Of a DNA stretch of 64,000 nt, positions 1-13,575 are shown one piece after another; position 1 is the stretch's first letter; every line of letters starts with the position of its first letter. Under the pieces are notes generated by a model. That model saw only the letters and a program-made list of their open reading frames with translations, searched no databases and had not been told where the DNA came from. The translations under genes and the position numbers were made by a program. The stretch comes from Phaeosaccion multiseriatum (Eukaryota > Protista > Ochrophyta, other classes), in NCBI GenBank assembly GCA_965112735.1, contig OZ218950.1, positions 5,828,001 to 5,892,000 of the forward strand. The letters run 5' to 3'.

Positions 1-1981
1 CCCCCAGGAACACCGCCAGCTTCCACCAGAAGAGCAGCGTGATGACGTATGGTGGGGTGATGCGGAAGATGCGGTGTATGTAGAACAGGGGCAGCCACTC
101 CGCCCAGCGGGTCATGCGCCGGTACCCTGTCGAGCGGGAGAGCTTACCCGCCTCCCCCCCCCCACCCTCCGCGCTCAGCAGCCCCTGTCCCTGCCCTAGC
201 GGCCCCTGTCCCGACAGCCGTCCTCCTCCTAACCCTCCTCCTCCTCCTCCTCCTCCTCCTACCCCACCTCCTCCTCCTCCCGCCTCCCCCCCATCGAAAC
301 GCCGCATGAGTACGTACACCACGAGGAAGCCCGACACATAGAAGAAGGTGTCCACGGCGAACCTTGCCGAGAAGAAGAGTTGCCCTACGTACTGCGCCAC
401 GAGGCCATTGGGAGGGAACACCGCCTCCGGATCCGTGTAACCGATGGAAGCCTGTACAGCCAAAATGTGCCCCAACACCACCCAGAGCATGCTGATCACA
501 CGCATGCCGTCAAATACACGCAGCTCGCTCCTCGCGCCCACGCGGAACAGTCTCCGAAGGTTCCTGGGCACGGAGAAGGCGGCGAGGAGCTGAGGGACGT
601 GGTCTACTTGGTCCTCCAACAGAATGAGGGGAGGGGTGCCGTCGCCAGCCTCGCGCTGGGCTGCGTCGAGGATGGAGTCATACCCTCCTCCATTCGGGCC
701 AAGGCGGTCCGAGTTGAGCTGCTTTTTGGCGATGAACTCCGGGTAATCAGGCCCCTTGATGAGGTCCATGACAGTGGCCCACACCACAAAAAGCGCGAGC
801 AGCGACAGGAACAAGATGAAGCACCAGGCGTCCACTCCAACCTTCAAGCGCTTATAGGAGCCGCACGTGAAGCCTTTCCCCCTCTGCACCACAACTTCCA
901 TCATCTGCTGGAGTTTGGACACATACGAAATGGCCGACACGGTGGACGAGTTGGCGTGTAGTGCCATCTTCTCCTCCTTGTCCGCCAGCCACGCCGAAGT
1001 GAAGTTGGCCCACTGCATGTCGTCGGGCCCGCACGACCGCGGCACACACACGGCACCCATCGGGGGCTGCCCTTGCATGGTCGCCAGATCCAAGCTCCCT
1101 ATGTTATGGTAGTGGTAAAGTGAGGGGATTAGGTACGGAGGGACGTGAAGCACTGAAGAAAGAGGGAGACAGTCTCTCCGCGATGTGGCATGGGTCAGTC
1201 ATGCCACCCATATGTGTTACGTTACGCACCTGCCAAGCATAAATGCGTCGAGAAGTTGGTCAACAGGGACACCTTCGAGCACTCGCTGTTCCAAGACGAG
1301 ACACACAGATACATGGGAGGGAGGGAAGGCAAAGGGTCAGTCGAGGATTCACAACAAAAGGAGAGAGAAGTCGTGGAAGCCAATGCTCTCTCTTCCTCCC
1401 TCTCTCTCTGTGTATACATATCTCTCTCTGTATGTGTACATATCTCTCCCCCTCTTCCCTCTCACCCGTAGTCTCCTATCTGACCAGGATAGCCGGTGGT
1501 CGGCGCAAGCTCTGCAAAGGCATCGAGGTTGAATGAGCTGGTGGCGTCATTGGCAATGGCCAATGCGCTGTGCTGGGCCTGACGACAAGTGTGCAGAGAG
1601 GGAGGAACAGAGAGGAGGGGTGGGAGAGTGGACTGTAAGTATCATGCGTGGGTTGTAAATGGTACCGCAGCTGTGCCCAGGCCACAGCACAGCAACACCA
1701 CCCCGCCCCGCCCCTTTCGAGTCCTCTGTGGCAAGAGAGAGCCCACAGCTCAGCTTCACAACCCCCCCCCCCCCCTCTCTTTCGAGGCATTATCTCTGAA
1801 GAGTCGAGCCTCCCCTACCCCCTACCTCGCCTTTGATCCCACTCACCGGTGATAGTAGCCCATCGATGGCCTCCCAGCAGCTAACCTTGGAGTAGTCAGC
1901 GGGGTCAGGGTCTTTGGCCGCAGAGCGCACGGCCAGGAGCGAAAGAAGCAGCTGCGGCAGCACCCGAATTCGTCCCCCCAT
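1..1981 (-). CDS. NRF-6/OACYL-like O-acyltransferase (Acyl_transf_3 family), 3' end outside window
   Basis: Signal-peptide-like start MGGRIRVLPQLLLSLLAVRSAA (ATG at 1981, donor GTGAGT after 1847). A long open exon from ~1100 to 1 has AVCVPRSC (NRF domain), FDGMRVISMLWVVLGH, FAVDTFFYVSGFLV and FYIHRIFRITPPY. Internal small exons are only approximately placed. Confidence 0.88.
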
Positions 1982-2339
1982 CGCCTCTCCCTCTAGTACA
2001 CCTCTACTGTGTATAAAGGGCGACTGTGTCGCCGTGGAAAAGGAAAAGCGAAAGGATTTCACGTGTTGTCAGCGCGTCGCCATCTGTTGGCCTCTCTCCG
2101 TGCCCCGCGGCTTGCGCGCACTGCCCGCTTCACCAGGCTCCACACACTGTGCTGTGGGCGGACGACTTGCAAGGAAACCGGGGACCTCTTCCTCCTCCTC
2201 TGGTTCTCATCTGCGCGTTTTGGGCTGGGCTTACAATCTAGCCAGCCTTGTGTGGAAACGAGTTTTTGTGAGCTTTTGCTGTAACGGGCCAGAGAACCGG
2301 AAGGCGCTGCGCCGAAGAGGAGGAGGAGGGGGGTGCGAC

Positions 2340-4137
2340 ATGGGAGGGGCTGGGTTCCAAGATCTCCTGCAGGAGGTGAGTAGAGGTGCGAGGTCCAAGC
2401 TTTTTTTGGGCCGAAGTCCTCTGAGCTTTGCCACTTCCTTCGTTGCTTTCTTCCCTCTCTTCTCTGGGTCACAGGCTATCAAAATCCGCAGCAGCACAGA
2501 TGCGAAGCTCCGCACAGACTTCAATGCTCGGCCCAAGTTCTGGCAAGCCTCCATGTTTGCTCAGCCCCTCGTCGTGGAGGCACGCCAGCTTCCCCTGCAG
2601 CAAAGGCTGGAAGCGGCCACCCAGCTAAGAGAAGCAGGCAACACGCTGTTCCGGGAAGGGCGGATAGAGGAAGCGACAATGAAGTACGAGCAGTCACTGT
2701 CTGTGTTCACATACTTGCACAACCGCAACCCCGAGTGGAGGAAGAGCGGCATCAAGGATGAGGATATACACGTGGTGGACTTTTGCGCCAGTTGCCAAGA
2801 GTTTCGCCAGCAGCCTCCCTCAAAGGCAGGAGGCGCGGATGACAGAGAAGGAGGACAAGCAGTAGAAGGAGGGGAAGCTAGTGGGGGCGTTTGCAAAGGC
2901 GAGGAACAGGAAGAAGAACAACCACAGCAACAACAAGAAGGACAGTCATTGGCAGTGCAGCACGCGGCGGTGAGGCGCCATACCCTCTCGTGCTACCTCA
3001 ACATTGCACTGGCCTACCACAAGCAGCGCGACTTCGGCACCGCCATCGCTGCGTGCACAGAGGCGTTGAAAATGGACGGGGGCAACGCGAAGGCGCTCTA
3101 TCGTCGGGCACTGAGCCGTATGACGCCCAAATCTGCGGGCGGGCTGGAGCTGGACATGGCCATTGACGATCTTACTAGGGCATCCTCCTTAGCTGCAGCA
3201 GCAGCAACAGCGGCAGCGGCAGGAGGAGGAGGGAGTAAGGGTTGCTCGGACGGCACTCCGGCGGGGGTATCCTCCACCTGCGACGAAGCGACACGCTTGG
3301 CGGTGAACAAGCTCTTGAGAGAGTATATGGATCAGAAAAAGGCACAGCTCAAGAGGGACAAGCAGACTTTCGCAGGCATGTTCGAGAGAGGGGGAAGCAT
3401 TGTACAGGAGGACGAAGAGGACGACGTGAGGAAAGGCTGGCAGGGGAAGGGGAAGGGGAAGGGGGCGGGGAAAGGGGGGAGAGAAGAGGAGGGCCCAAGC
3501 AGGGCGGCGGGAGATGAGGCATCGAGGGCGGATTATCTGAACTACGCCAAGGAGCTCGAGGAGCGCGCAGTCAAGTGCGAGAAGGACGGGCTCGATGAGG
3601 AGGGGGAGGCCTTTAGAGAGAGGGCGAGCAACATACGTGCGGCCCTGCAGAGTGCGGCTCCTTCGGACTGTGACTCATACGCGCCGAGGAGTGGCTCCTC
3701 ACATGGCGGCAGCAGTAGCATTAGTAGTAGTGGTGGTAGAAGAAGCGTCCAGGGAGGCGGGAGCAAGCAACGGCAGCAGAAGATGACCGCGGAGGAGTGG
3801 AGCAATCCCTCTCCAGAGATGGTCGCTGATGCCTTGAAGGAGGGCATTGACCTCACCAACAGGGACGTTCAGGAGATGATGGCTCAGATGCAGCGAGATG
3901 CGGACGCAGGCTTGCTCGACGAGCAGGACCTCTTGAGGCAGGGGGTTGGGCAGGGGGAGGGGTTGACATCGGGAGGGGGTGAGGAAGCGGTGGCGGGGGA
4001 GGGGGCGTGCGGCAGGCCTGCGGCTGGGGGTGGAGGAGGCCCCCCGAAACTACGCAGACAGGTCAGTCAAAGGCACCTCGCACGCACGCACACACACACA
4101 CACACACGCACACACACACACTCACACACGCACACAC

Positions 4138-4233
<96 letters not shown>

Positions 4234-4907
4234 TGACAAATGGGGTGCTTGGGGTTTGGGCTTTGGAAGGGCTCGGCAGGCTACATCGGGACGGCTGGGT
4301 GCAGGCGATGCTATGGCTGGTCCTCCTGCCCTGACAGACTCCTCTGACCCCCCTTCTCCCCTTTGCCCCGTCGCTGGTCATCCTTGGTCCTTCGTCCTTC
4401 ACACCTTTGTGCTTCACACAGGTGGTGGAGGGAGCTCTTCGAAGTATGCCCCGAGCGGAGCTGGAGACTGTGCTCACCGACATGGGCCTACCCTTCCAGC
4501 CCCACTCCAAGTCGGCGGACATGCAGGATCAGGTCATGGCTGCCCTCGATAGCTCGCAAGGGCACTGGAAGGAAGACGCGGAGGAGGAAGAGGAGGAGGA
4601 GGAGCACAACATTAGGGGGAAGAGGAAGGGAGCGAGGTGGGAGTCGCCGCAGCAGCCGCAGAATTGGAAAGTGGCCGTTGTGGTGGTGATTGCCACACTT
4701 GGGTACCGACTGTACAGCACGGGCCTGGGCGCGTGGGCCTTGAGGGAGCTGGGGTTAGGAGCGGGGCTCGGAATCGGGCGGGGGGGATATGAAGAAGGGT
4801 GGGGAGGAGGGGGGGAGGGGGATGGTGTGCTGCCGTATCATGCCGGTGCGGCTTCGTCGTTTGGCTCAGCCGAAGGAGCAGCAGGAGAAGAGTTTCCACT
4901 GGATTAA
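2340..4907 (+). CDS. TPR-repeat protein (FKBP/CyP40-type TPR) with C-terminal transmembrane segment
   Basis: Exons 2340-2375, 2475-4061 and 4422-4907 with GT-AG introns. TPR motifs LREAGNTLFREGRIEEATMKYEQSL and CYLNIALAYHKQRDFGTAIAACTEALKMDGGNAKALYRRA. Hydrophobic WKVAVVVVIATLGY near the C-terminus. Confidence 0.8.
4079..4232. repeat. (CA)n intronic microsatellite
   Basis: Directly visible. Confidence 0.95.
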
Positions 4908-5332
4908 CCGCCTCAAGATTTATATTCAAGGCCCCACACACTTTAAACGTAGCTTGCTCCTGTTGGCTTTTTACCTAGCGCTTTTGGGTAGTTGGATGCC
5001 CAAAGCGAGCACCGATCCCCCCCCACACCCCAACCAGAGGTGTTCGTCTCTCCCTGAACAGCAAAACGGTGCCTCCTCGCCCCCCCTGCTCCTTCCTTCA
5101 TTTCCTTCTGATCCAGGCGTGGCCAGGAACCTTTCTTGTCAAGCATGCTGGCCATGGTTCCCAGGACAATACTCGAGATAGCCTAAGGCTTGAGCAAGGT
5201 CACCACATCGTGGGGCTTCAAGTTACACACCATGTGTTTACGCTTCTCCACCCTTGTCTTGAGGATTGTCATCGGGCCATCGCCTTTGCGCTGCCCTTTT
5301 TATTACTCGCCTTCACTGCTACTAGCCTCTCC

Positions 5333-6045
5333 CTATTCGCTACCGCTGCCCTCTCCCTCGTTATAATCACTACCACTGTCCTCTTCCTCGTCTTCAGTGC
5401 TTCCCCCTCCATCACCAACGCTACTTTCATCTTCCTCTTCATCACTGCCTCCTTCTCCACCAGTGCCCTCGTATTCCCCTTCCTCAGTCTCAGTGCCGTA
5501 TTCCGAGTCCTCCTCACCCAGAAAGAAAGGGAAGTGTTGATCCTGTTCCTCCCCTTCGTGTTCACTCTCCTTCGTTGAGGTGTCCGCCGGTGGCCCACCC
5601 TCGTTGTCCTGCTTTTTGTCACAGAAGGCGCAGCCTGGGACGATCTCCTTCGGCGTAAAGATGTCGTAGTCTTCGTCCTCTCTTCCCTTCCATTCCCGCT
5701 TGGCCACACCCTGAAGGAAGGACTTTGGGTTATAAACAGAGAAAGGACACTGACACTGCCTTCGGAAGCATGAGCGTTTGTTCACAAACTCCGTACCTTC
5801 ACGACGGCCAGGTAGAGAAGGAGGCCAACTCCGACAAGGGCCACAAAAGCTCCGAAGAGGAGGCATGAAGTGGGGGCTGCTGCCTTTGGAAGAAGCTCCT
5901 GCTCTGGAATATGATTGAGCTTTCCTCGTGCTGTGCCCCCCCTGTCAAGCAGGATGACATCCCTTACTCGCTGGATCCGATTCGCCACACCAATCAGGTC
6001 CATCCCCCCCCCCTCCCTGTTATCAGGGGTGTCCATTGGTGTCAT
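5333..6045 (-). CDS. hypothetical single-pass membrane protein with acidic low-complexity tail
   Basis: Exon 1 has a TM segment (LLFGAFVALVGVGLLLYLAVVK) ending at a GTACGG donor (~5797). A pyrimidine-rich acceptor (~5711) leads in frame into a D/E/G/S-rich exon ending at TAG 5333-5335. Confidence 0.55.
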
Positions 6046-6203
6046 GGTAGCAAGGGAGAGACAAAGACGAGACAGAGAAAGCTCCCAAACAGGGTAAAAA
6101 AAAAAAAAAATGCTTCCGATTAGGGAGTACTGTAGTCAATGAAAAAACACCTTGAAAGGGTTCGGCCGTTGGAAAGTGACCGCGCTGCCTCTCCAAGCAA
6201 AAG

Positions 6204-7202
6204 CTACGTGAGCCTCGGCACTACCCCACCCCTGCCTCCGCCCTGCTGCCCCCTCTGAGGGGAGCCCAGTACAGAACTGGAAGCCTCTAGCGGCCGCAAA
6301 CTCTCCGCGAACTCAATCTGCCCGGGAGAGGTGGCGTCAGCCACGAGATCCCCGCCCACCGATCTCACGTACTGATAGCGAATTGTCGCCGATCCCGGCG
6401 AGGGAGGGGGACCCCGTCTCGCCTGCCCTTCTTCCTCCCCTCCTCCCACGGCCGCCTGCCCCCCCTCCTCCTCTGCTTCTGCTTCTTCTCCCTCCCCCAC
6501 CCGCTCGCTGCTGCTTCCTCTACTGTCCTGCTCTTCCATGGAGGCCTTCAGAGCCCCCCACGTGTCGGCTAAGGAGGTGCCACCCCCCCGCACTCGCGCA
6601 CGCGCACCCTCAATAGCACCCTCGCCCCCTTGCTCTTGCTCGACGGGCATGTCCGGAAGCTGAAGCTCACCAGGGGCAGGAGCAGCGCCGCTGTTCAGGT
6701 CCCTGCCTTCGTCGTCCAGAGCTGAGAGCCACTCACCCCGCACCCCCTCTCCCTCCTCTTCCTCCTCTTCCTCCTCCTCCTCCTTCTGCTGCTGCTGCCG
6801 CTCGGAGATGAGTCTGAGAGCCGCCCCCATACCCTGTGTGGTCATTCGCCCTGGGCTGGAGGGCCTGGAGCCTGTCAGACCAACGGGAGGTCCAAAGGCG
6901 AAGGCAGCTGCTCCATCTCTGGCAGTGGAGAGAGACAAAGGACAAACGGGCGGAGCGACAGCGCTTTGTAGCAAGAGAAAAGGGAACAACCTAACCTACA
7001 GCAGGCGGGGCTGGACGAGTTTTGCTCTTCCATCGCACCACTCTGACTCGATAACCTCTGACCCCAAAAAAGGGAAAGCATCCAGGGGAAGGGGCGACAA
7101 GCAAGCAAGCAGGCCAGCAGGCAAGCAAGCAAGCAAGCAAGCAAGCAGGCAAGCAAGCAAGCAAGGCAGGCAAGCAAGCAGGCAAGCAAGCAAGCAAGCA
7201 AG

Positions 7203-7234
<32 letters not shown>

Positions 7235-7239
7235 GGCAG

Positions 7240-7292
<53 letters not shown>

Positions 7293-7493
7293 GCAAGCCA
7301 GCGGCACCAGTGGGTGGATGGATGAAAGGAAGTCAGCCTGTGGCCTCTCACCTCACTGCTTGGACCGCGGCAGCCTCCCTCCTCCCTTGCTTAATCTCGT
7401 GCAGCTCCCTCTGCGCTCTTCTCAGGTGCATGCTCAACTTCTTCATCTCGCCTTCGTGCACCTGTGGGTGCGTGTGTGTGTGCGTGTGTGTGT

Positions 7494-7528
<35 letters not shown>

Positions 7529-10500
7529 TGTGTGTGTGTGCGTGTGTGTGCGTGTGTGCATGTGTGTATATACGTATGAGCGCGGGTGTATGTGTTATGT
7601 ATGTGAGAGAGAGAGAGTGTGTGTGTGCGTTACATTAACATCCGAAGTAAGTGTCTTCTCCACTGTTGTGGAATGTACCCACCTGCTTTAGCTGGCGCAC
7701 CTCCCGCGCCGCCCTCATGGCAAGTATCTCGTTAGCCTCCTCCCTGTCCCTCTGCGCATCCAGCTTGGTCTGGGCCGCTGCCTGCTCTGCTCTCAGGGCT
7801 CTCTTCTCCACCTTTTCCACCTTCGCGGCCAGTCTAAATTCAAATTCCATCGATGAAATTACGCCGTGGTGTTGTTGGTTACGAATGTATAAGATGCATT
7901 TGTGTTTGAGCAGCATGAAATTCATTCGAACGCGAGGAGAGGGGGTGGGTCAGTCGGTTGAGACAAAGCGAGTGAGCATCCCTCCCGCCCCTCCCCCAGC
8001 CGCTCCCCCGACTCACTCTCTGGCGAATCTGTTCTCCCTCTTGGCCTTCTCGTCCTCCTGCCTCTTCATCTCCGCGGCGTGGTGACTGGTCAAGGCCGAT
8101 ACTTGGGTACGGAACTCTGTGAGAGCAGCGCTGTGTGAGCGTTTCAACCGTTCCATCTTCACAGTTTCAGAGCACAGAGGAAGGATTGATCCGGCAAGCA
8201 AGGCAAGCAAGGCGAGCGAGGCAACGCGAGGGTGACGCGAGGGCACAGTCACAGTCAAAACAGCCAAAGACAGAGATGAAGAGCAGGTTATCTGTTAGTA
8301 GCGTAGAGTAGCAGCAGTTGGTGATACGGCAACAGCACCGGGGAGAGACGTGTAGGGGTGGGCAGGTTTGCTGACTTGCCTCGATGCTGACATTCTCCTT
8401 GGTGTGCTTGAGGGCCTGTCGCTTGGCAGCCTCCGCGTCTCGAGCCCTCTTTTCGGCGGCGTCTGCCTTCTCTCGCCACACGCGCACCTGCAGCAGCAGC
8501 AGCAGCAGCAGCCGTGGAGGGGCAGATGGAGGAGCAGCGGAAGGGGTAGAGGAGCGGGCCCAACAGCAGACAACTGTTACAAGCATGATTTACAAGTCTA
8601 GAAGCATCATCACACTCCTCGCCCCCCCCCCCCCCCTCTCCTCTCTCCCTCTCTCCATCCTTCTTTACCTCTCCTTGACTGACTTCCCACCTACCCACCC
8701 ACCCACCCACCCACCTACCTGGCTCTCTGCAGCGCCCTGCACCTGCTGCATCCTCGTCTGCAGCTCGGCCGTCATGGACTCACGTTCCGTATGCACCTGC
8801 AAGGGGTGGCCCATTATGATAGTTACAAGACGCAAGAGACAGAGCGGGCCCACAGTGACAGGAGAGAGAGAGAGAGAGGGAGGGAGGGAGGGAGAGAAAG
8901 TGCGTGATGGACTCACATCGCACACTAGCATCGCATCACATCGCATGGCATGGCAGCCACCGCCATTCCTCCCTCCCTCCCTCCCTCCCTCCGTCCCTCC
9001 CTCCCTCCCTCCCTCCCTCACCTTGTCCTTGATCCTCTCTACGGCGGTGGCCAGCGTGGTCCTCTCCTTCTCAGCGGCACCCTCCATTGCCTCCCTCTGC
9101 TCACTCAGGCGCCTCTTCATCTCCTCACTGCTCCTCTCCGTCACCTCTCGCACTCCTTGCGCGGCCTTGTCGCTCTGCTCATGCAGCTCTCTCGCGTGGG
9201 CCTCCTCCCGTTCCTCCGCCTGATCCTTTAACAACCCCACCTCCTTCGCCCGCTCCTCCCTCTCCCTCTCGTGCTGCTGCCTCTCCTCGTGCAGAAGAGC
9301 CTCGAGTCGTTCCTCGGTAGCCTTCGACCTCGCCTGGAGCCTGCTCGTCTCCCCCCTTAGCGCCTTCCTAGCCTGCTGCTGATGCGTCACCTCCATACTC
9401 TTCATGAGATCCTTGAAGTGTTTGCACAACTGGTCTTCTCTCCTCTGACTGCCTGCGAGGAGCCCCAGACACATGCTCAGCGCCTGTAGCACCAACACAC
9501 GCACCTCCTCACAAGAGCCGGAAACACCCCCCCGACTAACTAGTGCCGTGACAGCAGCCCGTTCCCTACGCGCCGCCTCTTTCTCTTTCTCTTGCGCCGT
9601 CTCCACAAAGCTCCTGAGCTCCCCCACGATGTCCCACCCGCAACTCGCAGGCTGCAGTGCGAGCTCCACAGACGCCGAAAGAGACGCCTCCTCCTCCTCC
9701 TCCTCCTCCTCCTCCTCCTCCTCCTTCTCCTCCTCCTCCTCCTCCCTCCTCCACTCTTCTTCACCCTCCCTCCCATCAGCCTCGTTGTCTTCGTCGTCCC
9801 TGCTACTCCCCTGCCCCCCCAACAAACTCCGTCTGAGGTATCCCAACCTCTCGTCCCTCCCCACCCCCCAATTTGCCGCTCCCTGCACACGCGTCTCAGA
9901 GGTGGTCCCCTCCGTTCTCCTCCTTCTTCTACGTCTGTCCTCGCCCCTGCTACAACCATGACTACTCCTGCCCCTGCTCCGCCACATGTTGTTCCCGAGA
10001 CCAATTCTCTCGTTCAGGTCCACCTCCGTCCCGTCCGTCGGGCAGAGCGGCTCGAGATAGGTCCTGACACCCTGTAGGAGTGAGTGCAGGCCCTGCAACT
10101 CACGCTCTTGGCGCCGGACGCGATCCCGCAACGCGGCGCTTTTGGTGTCTGGAATCGGCATCATCCTCGAGGCCCGCTGCTGAGCCTCGTTTCCCCCCTT
10201 CTCTTCCTCTTCTTCTTCTACTTCTTCTCCTTCCCTTTCGTGCTGCTGCTGCTGCTCCTGCGTCTGTTGCTCTTGTTGTTGTTGTTGTTGTTGCCCGGTC
10301 TTTCCACGGTGGTGTAAGCTCTCATTCCCGTGCAAACGCCAGTCTCCCGGCGATGGGGAACGAGCAGCACCCGCCACATGAACACTGTTGCGAAGGAGAC
10401 TGCTGCTGCGCCGCTCGCCGCTCTGAAAGCTTCGACGAAGCTGGTGCAGACCGCCGCTGGGTGCTGGACGGGGTCGTGACGGCGGCGAAAAGGAGCGCGA

Positions 10501-11292
10501 GAAGCGCGAAGAAGAGGGAATTCGTCTCGCATCCACTTCTCCTGCCCGCTCTCGAGTTACGTCCACCTCCTTCTCTGGTGCCCGCTGCCTGCCGCGGAGG
10601 ACCCTTCCTCGATTAGCTTCACCTTCCTTCTCCAAGACCCAATCCCGTTCCCTCTCTCTTGCTCTCTCCTTCTCTCCCACCTCTCGCACGGCCTCCCTCT
10701 CCCTCAGGTCCACCCACGCTCTCTCGGCCTCCCTGGCTCTCTCTTCCTCTTCCCTCTCTTGCTCGTGCCTCCTCGCCGCCTCCCGCTGCATGTCCTCGTC
10801 CAGTGTCCACTGCATCTCCCTCTCTCTAACACGCTCTCTCTCCCTCTCCACCATCCGTTGAGCTCCCCCAGACTCCCGTATGGCAGCCATGGCGGAGTAC
10901 GCGGTAGTAGGACCCTCGGGGTCAGATGGTGGATGTAGATGCTTAAGCTTCCTTGCCCTCTCGAGCCAGAACTGCTCATCCTCCTCGTACAACTCCTGCG
11001 AGTGCCGTTCAGGATTATCGGGGTTAGCCGCCGCAGCAGCACTAGCAGTGGAAGGAGTGGCCAAAGCAGCAGTGTAGTCCTCTCCAGCGACAGGAAGGTT
11101 CTCTCTGTCTCTCTCAGAGCTGTTGCCTGGTCGAAAAGCCATCCCTCCTGAGCTGCTCTTCCAACAAGTCCTGTTCCCCGTGCTGAATGAGTCATACCCA
11201 CCGCCTTGTGACGTGTCGCCTCGAGTAGTCAAGAACGAGTCCCAGTCTGGAAGGCCGAGCGCGTGCTGAGAGAGCGTCTCGAAGGAGGACAT
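6204..11292 (-). CDS. large coiled-coil hypothetical protein, 7 exons
   Basis: Phase-consistent exons 11292-9022, 8796-8719, 8487-8380, 8156-8017, 7833-7683, 7461-7352 and 6963-6204. E/R/K/A/Q-rich helical composition. One GC-AG intron. Confidence 0.75.
7098..7298. repeat. (GCAA)n intronic microsatellite
   Basis: Directly visible. Confidence 0.95.
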
Positions 11293-11447
11293 AGCCTAAG
11301 CCTTGTTAGGTGATTATGAGATCCCGTTACTGTTTTTTTGCCTCTCGTGTTGGTTGTGTGTGCTGTGATTTTTGCCCCCCTGGAGTTTGGTGGATCGCCT
11401 TGGCCGCTCAGGGAGAAGAGGGCGATAGATCGATCCCTGGGGAAGAC

Positions 11448-13543
11448 ATGGCGAATGTGTTGATGAAAGCAGCGCTCAAGGGGCTTGGGACCAGCAGCGC
11501 AGCAGTATCAGCCCCGGCAAAGAGTCGTAGAAGAAGAGAGGAGGAGGAGCAGGAGGAGCAGGAGGAGGATCAGGAGGAGGAGGAGGAGGAGCAAAAGGAT
11601 AGTGGGAAGGCCCTCGTGGAGACCGAGGGGCTGTCCGTAGTCCGCCTGTCTCCCTCCCTCGAGGTAGTGAAGGTGTTCGAGGTCACGGTGACTTTCACAC
11701 CCTTGGTGGCGAGCCAAGCGCCCTCGCCATGGGCAGTCAAGGAGGCTGTGAGGAAGCGCAGAGCAGCAGCGGGGGACACACAGCTCCTAAAGCCCGCCGT
11801 CGTGGAGGACATGCCTGGTGGAGGTCAAGTCCGGGCGCGCCTCTGCTACGGAGAAAGGACTGAGGCGGAGGAGCTCGTCGAAGACTTGCACAACAAAACA
11901 CTGACCGTTGGGGGCACCAGAGTCAAGGCATTCGCTCAGCTGAGCACACCAGAGCAGCAGCAGGCCGCAGCAGTGGGCGGTAATCACAAAGCTGATACCA
12001 TTGTCCTGAGAGGGGTGCCCGCGCTGTGGGTAGAGCAGGCAGAGATTGGCGAGGGATCGCGCGCACTGCTTCAAGCCATGAGGACCTTCGGCCCCGTCCA
12101 CCGTGTCGAGGTGGTGGCTGCTTCCAAGGAGTCGGCGGGAGCAGCGGCGGCAGCGGCAGCAGCGGGCGAGGGTGGCGGAAGAGGGAGGCCTGAAGGCATG
12201 GACAATGGGAGACGTGGAGGCGGGAGGGGCGGTTTCGGGGGCGGGGGGCGAGGATTTGGGGGCCAGGCGGCCCCAAAGCCCAAGATTTCCCTTGACAGTA
12301 GTATTGATGACTTGCTGGCCTCTATGCCTCCACCTGGACCAGCAGCGCAAAGGCCGCTTCCATCCAGTAGAGAGGACAGCAACGCAAACCGTGTAGGATC
12401 GGCGGGGGGCGGGGGCGAAGGGATGGCCCTCAATTTGGACATCTTTGTGCAGTACTTGTCTACTGCGGGGGCGTCCAAGGCCCTGGAGGTGTTACAGGGG
12501 AGTGTTTTGCGCAAGGAAGGGGCCGATCTTGTGTACTCCGTGAGCGCGTCCATAGACACAACTGGCTACCTCACAGATGGCGCGGTTCGTCGACGCGAAG
12601 AGGCGAGGCAGAGAGAGAGAGAGGGACGGAGGCGCATGCAGCGGCGGGCAGATGTGGTGGAGGCGGGGTTGGTGGGGGTCAAGTCGTCTCTGCTTAGACT
12701 AGAGGAGGAGCTCAAGGAGCGGCAGGCACAGGGGGAGGGAGAGGAGGAGGAGGGGAACAAGAGCGAGGACAGCAGTAGCAACAACAAGAAGGAGAAGAAG
12801 ACGGATAACAACAGCAACAAGATCAAGTTGGACATAGACCCTACGCTTGTGGAGGAAGCGAGAGGGAAAGTGGGCGCCTTGGAGTCGTTCCTAGTGGGGC
12901 ACAAGAAGAGCAAAGGGCAAGGCGAGATGACCACCCTCTCCTCTCCGGAGAACGTGAGTGCAGCAGAGAGATATCTCGGGGATGCAAAGAGTGCCATCGA
13001 TGGCGCCAGGAGGGGCTTCGTGGAGCAACTCCGGCGAGCAGAGGCAGACCAGAGAGCCGAGGAGAGGAGGAGGGCCCAGGAGGAGGACGAGAGGGCGAGG
13101 GAGGAGGCGAAAGAGCAACTGGAGGAGATGGAGGACAAGCTACAGAGGGGTCTTGAGGTGCTGGGGGATGCCATGCGAGAGGCCGGGCAGGGGGGTAAGA
13201 AGGGCAAGAAGGCAGCGGATGGCGATGCGATGGGCAGGAATGACATGGCGGCCGAGCTCGGCGAGGCGAGGAGTGCCATTAGTAAGGTGAAGGCTGCGTG
13301 TGACAAGAAGGGCGGCGGCGTGAAGCTCAAGGACGGAGCACTGCTGGAGGATGCAGGTGTGGTGGGGTGGTGGGGTGGTGGGATGGTGGGGTGGGGTAGG
13401 GAGCGAGGGTGTAAGGGCGTCGGGCTGCTGGTGCTGGTGCTGGTGTGCTAGTTACTGCGGCGTGATGTAGGGGGGGGGGGGGTAGGTAGGTGGTTTGTTT
13501 TATGTACAAGGGTCTTTGTCAAGAAGAGGGGTTGGTTTTTTTG

Positions 13544-13575
<32 letters not shown>

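Noticed and set aside
380-961. 193-aa + strand ORF
   Set aside because: Antisense shadow of the NRF-6-like acyltransferase exon.
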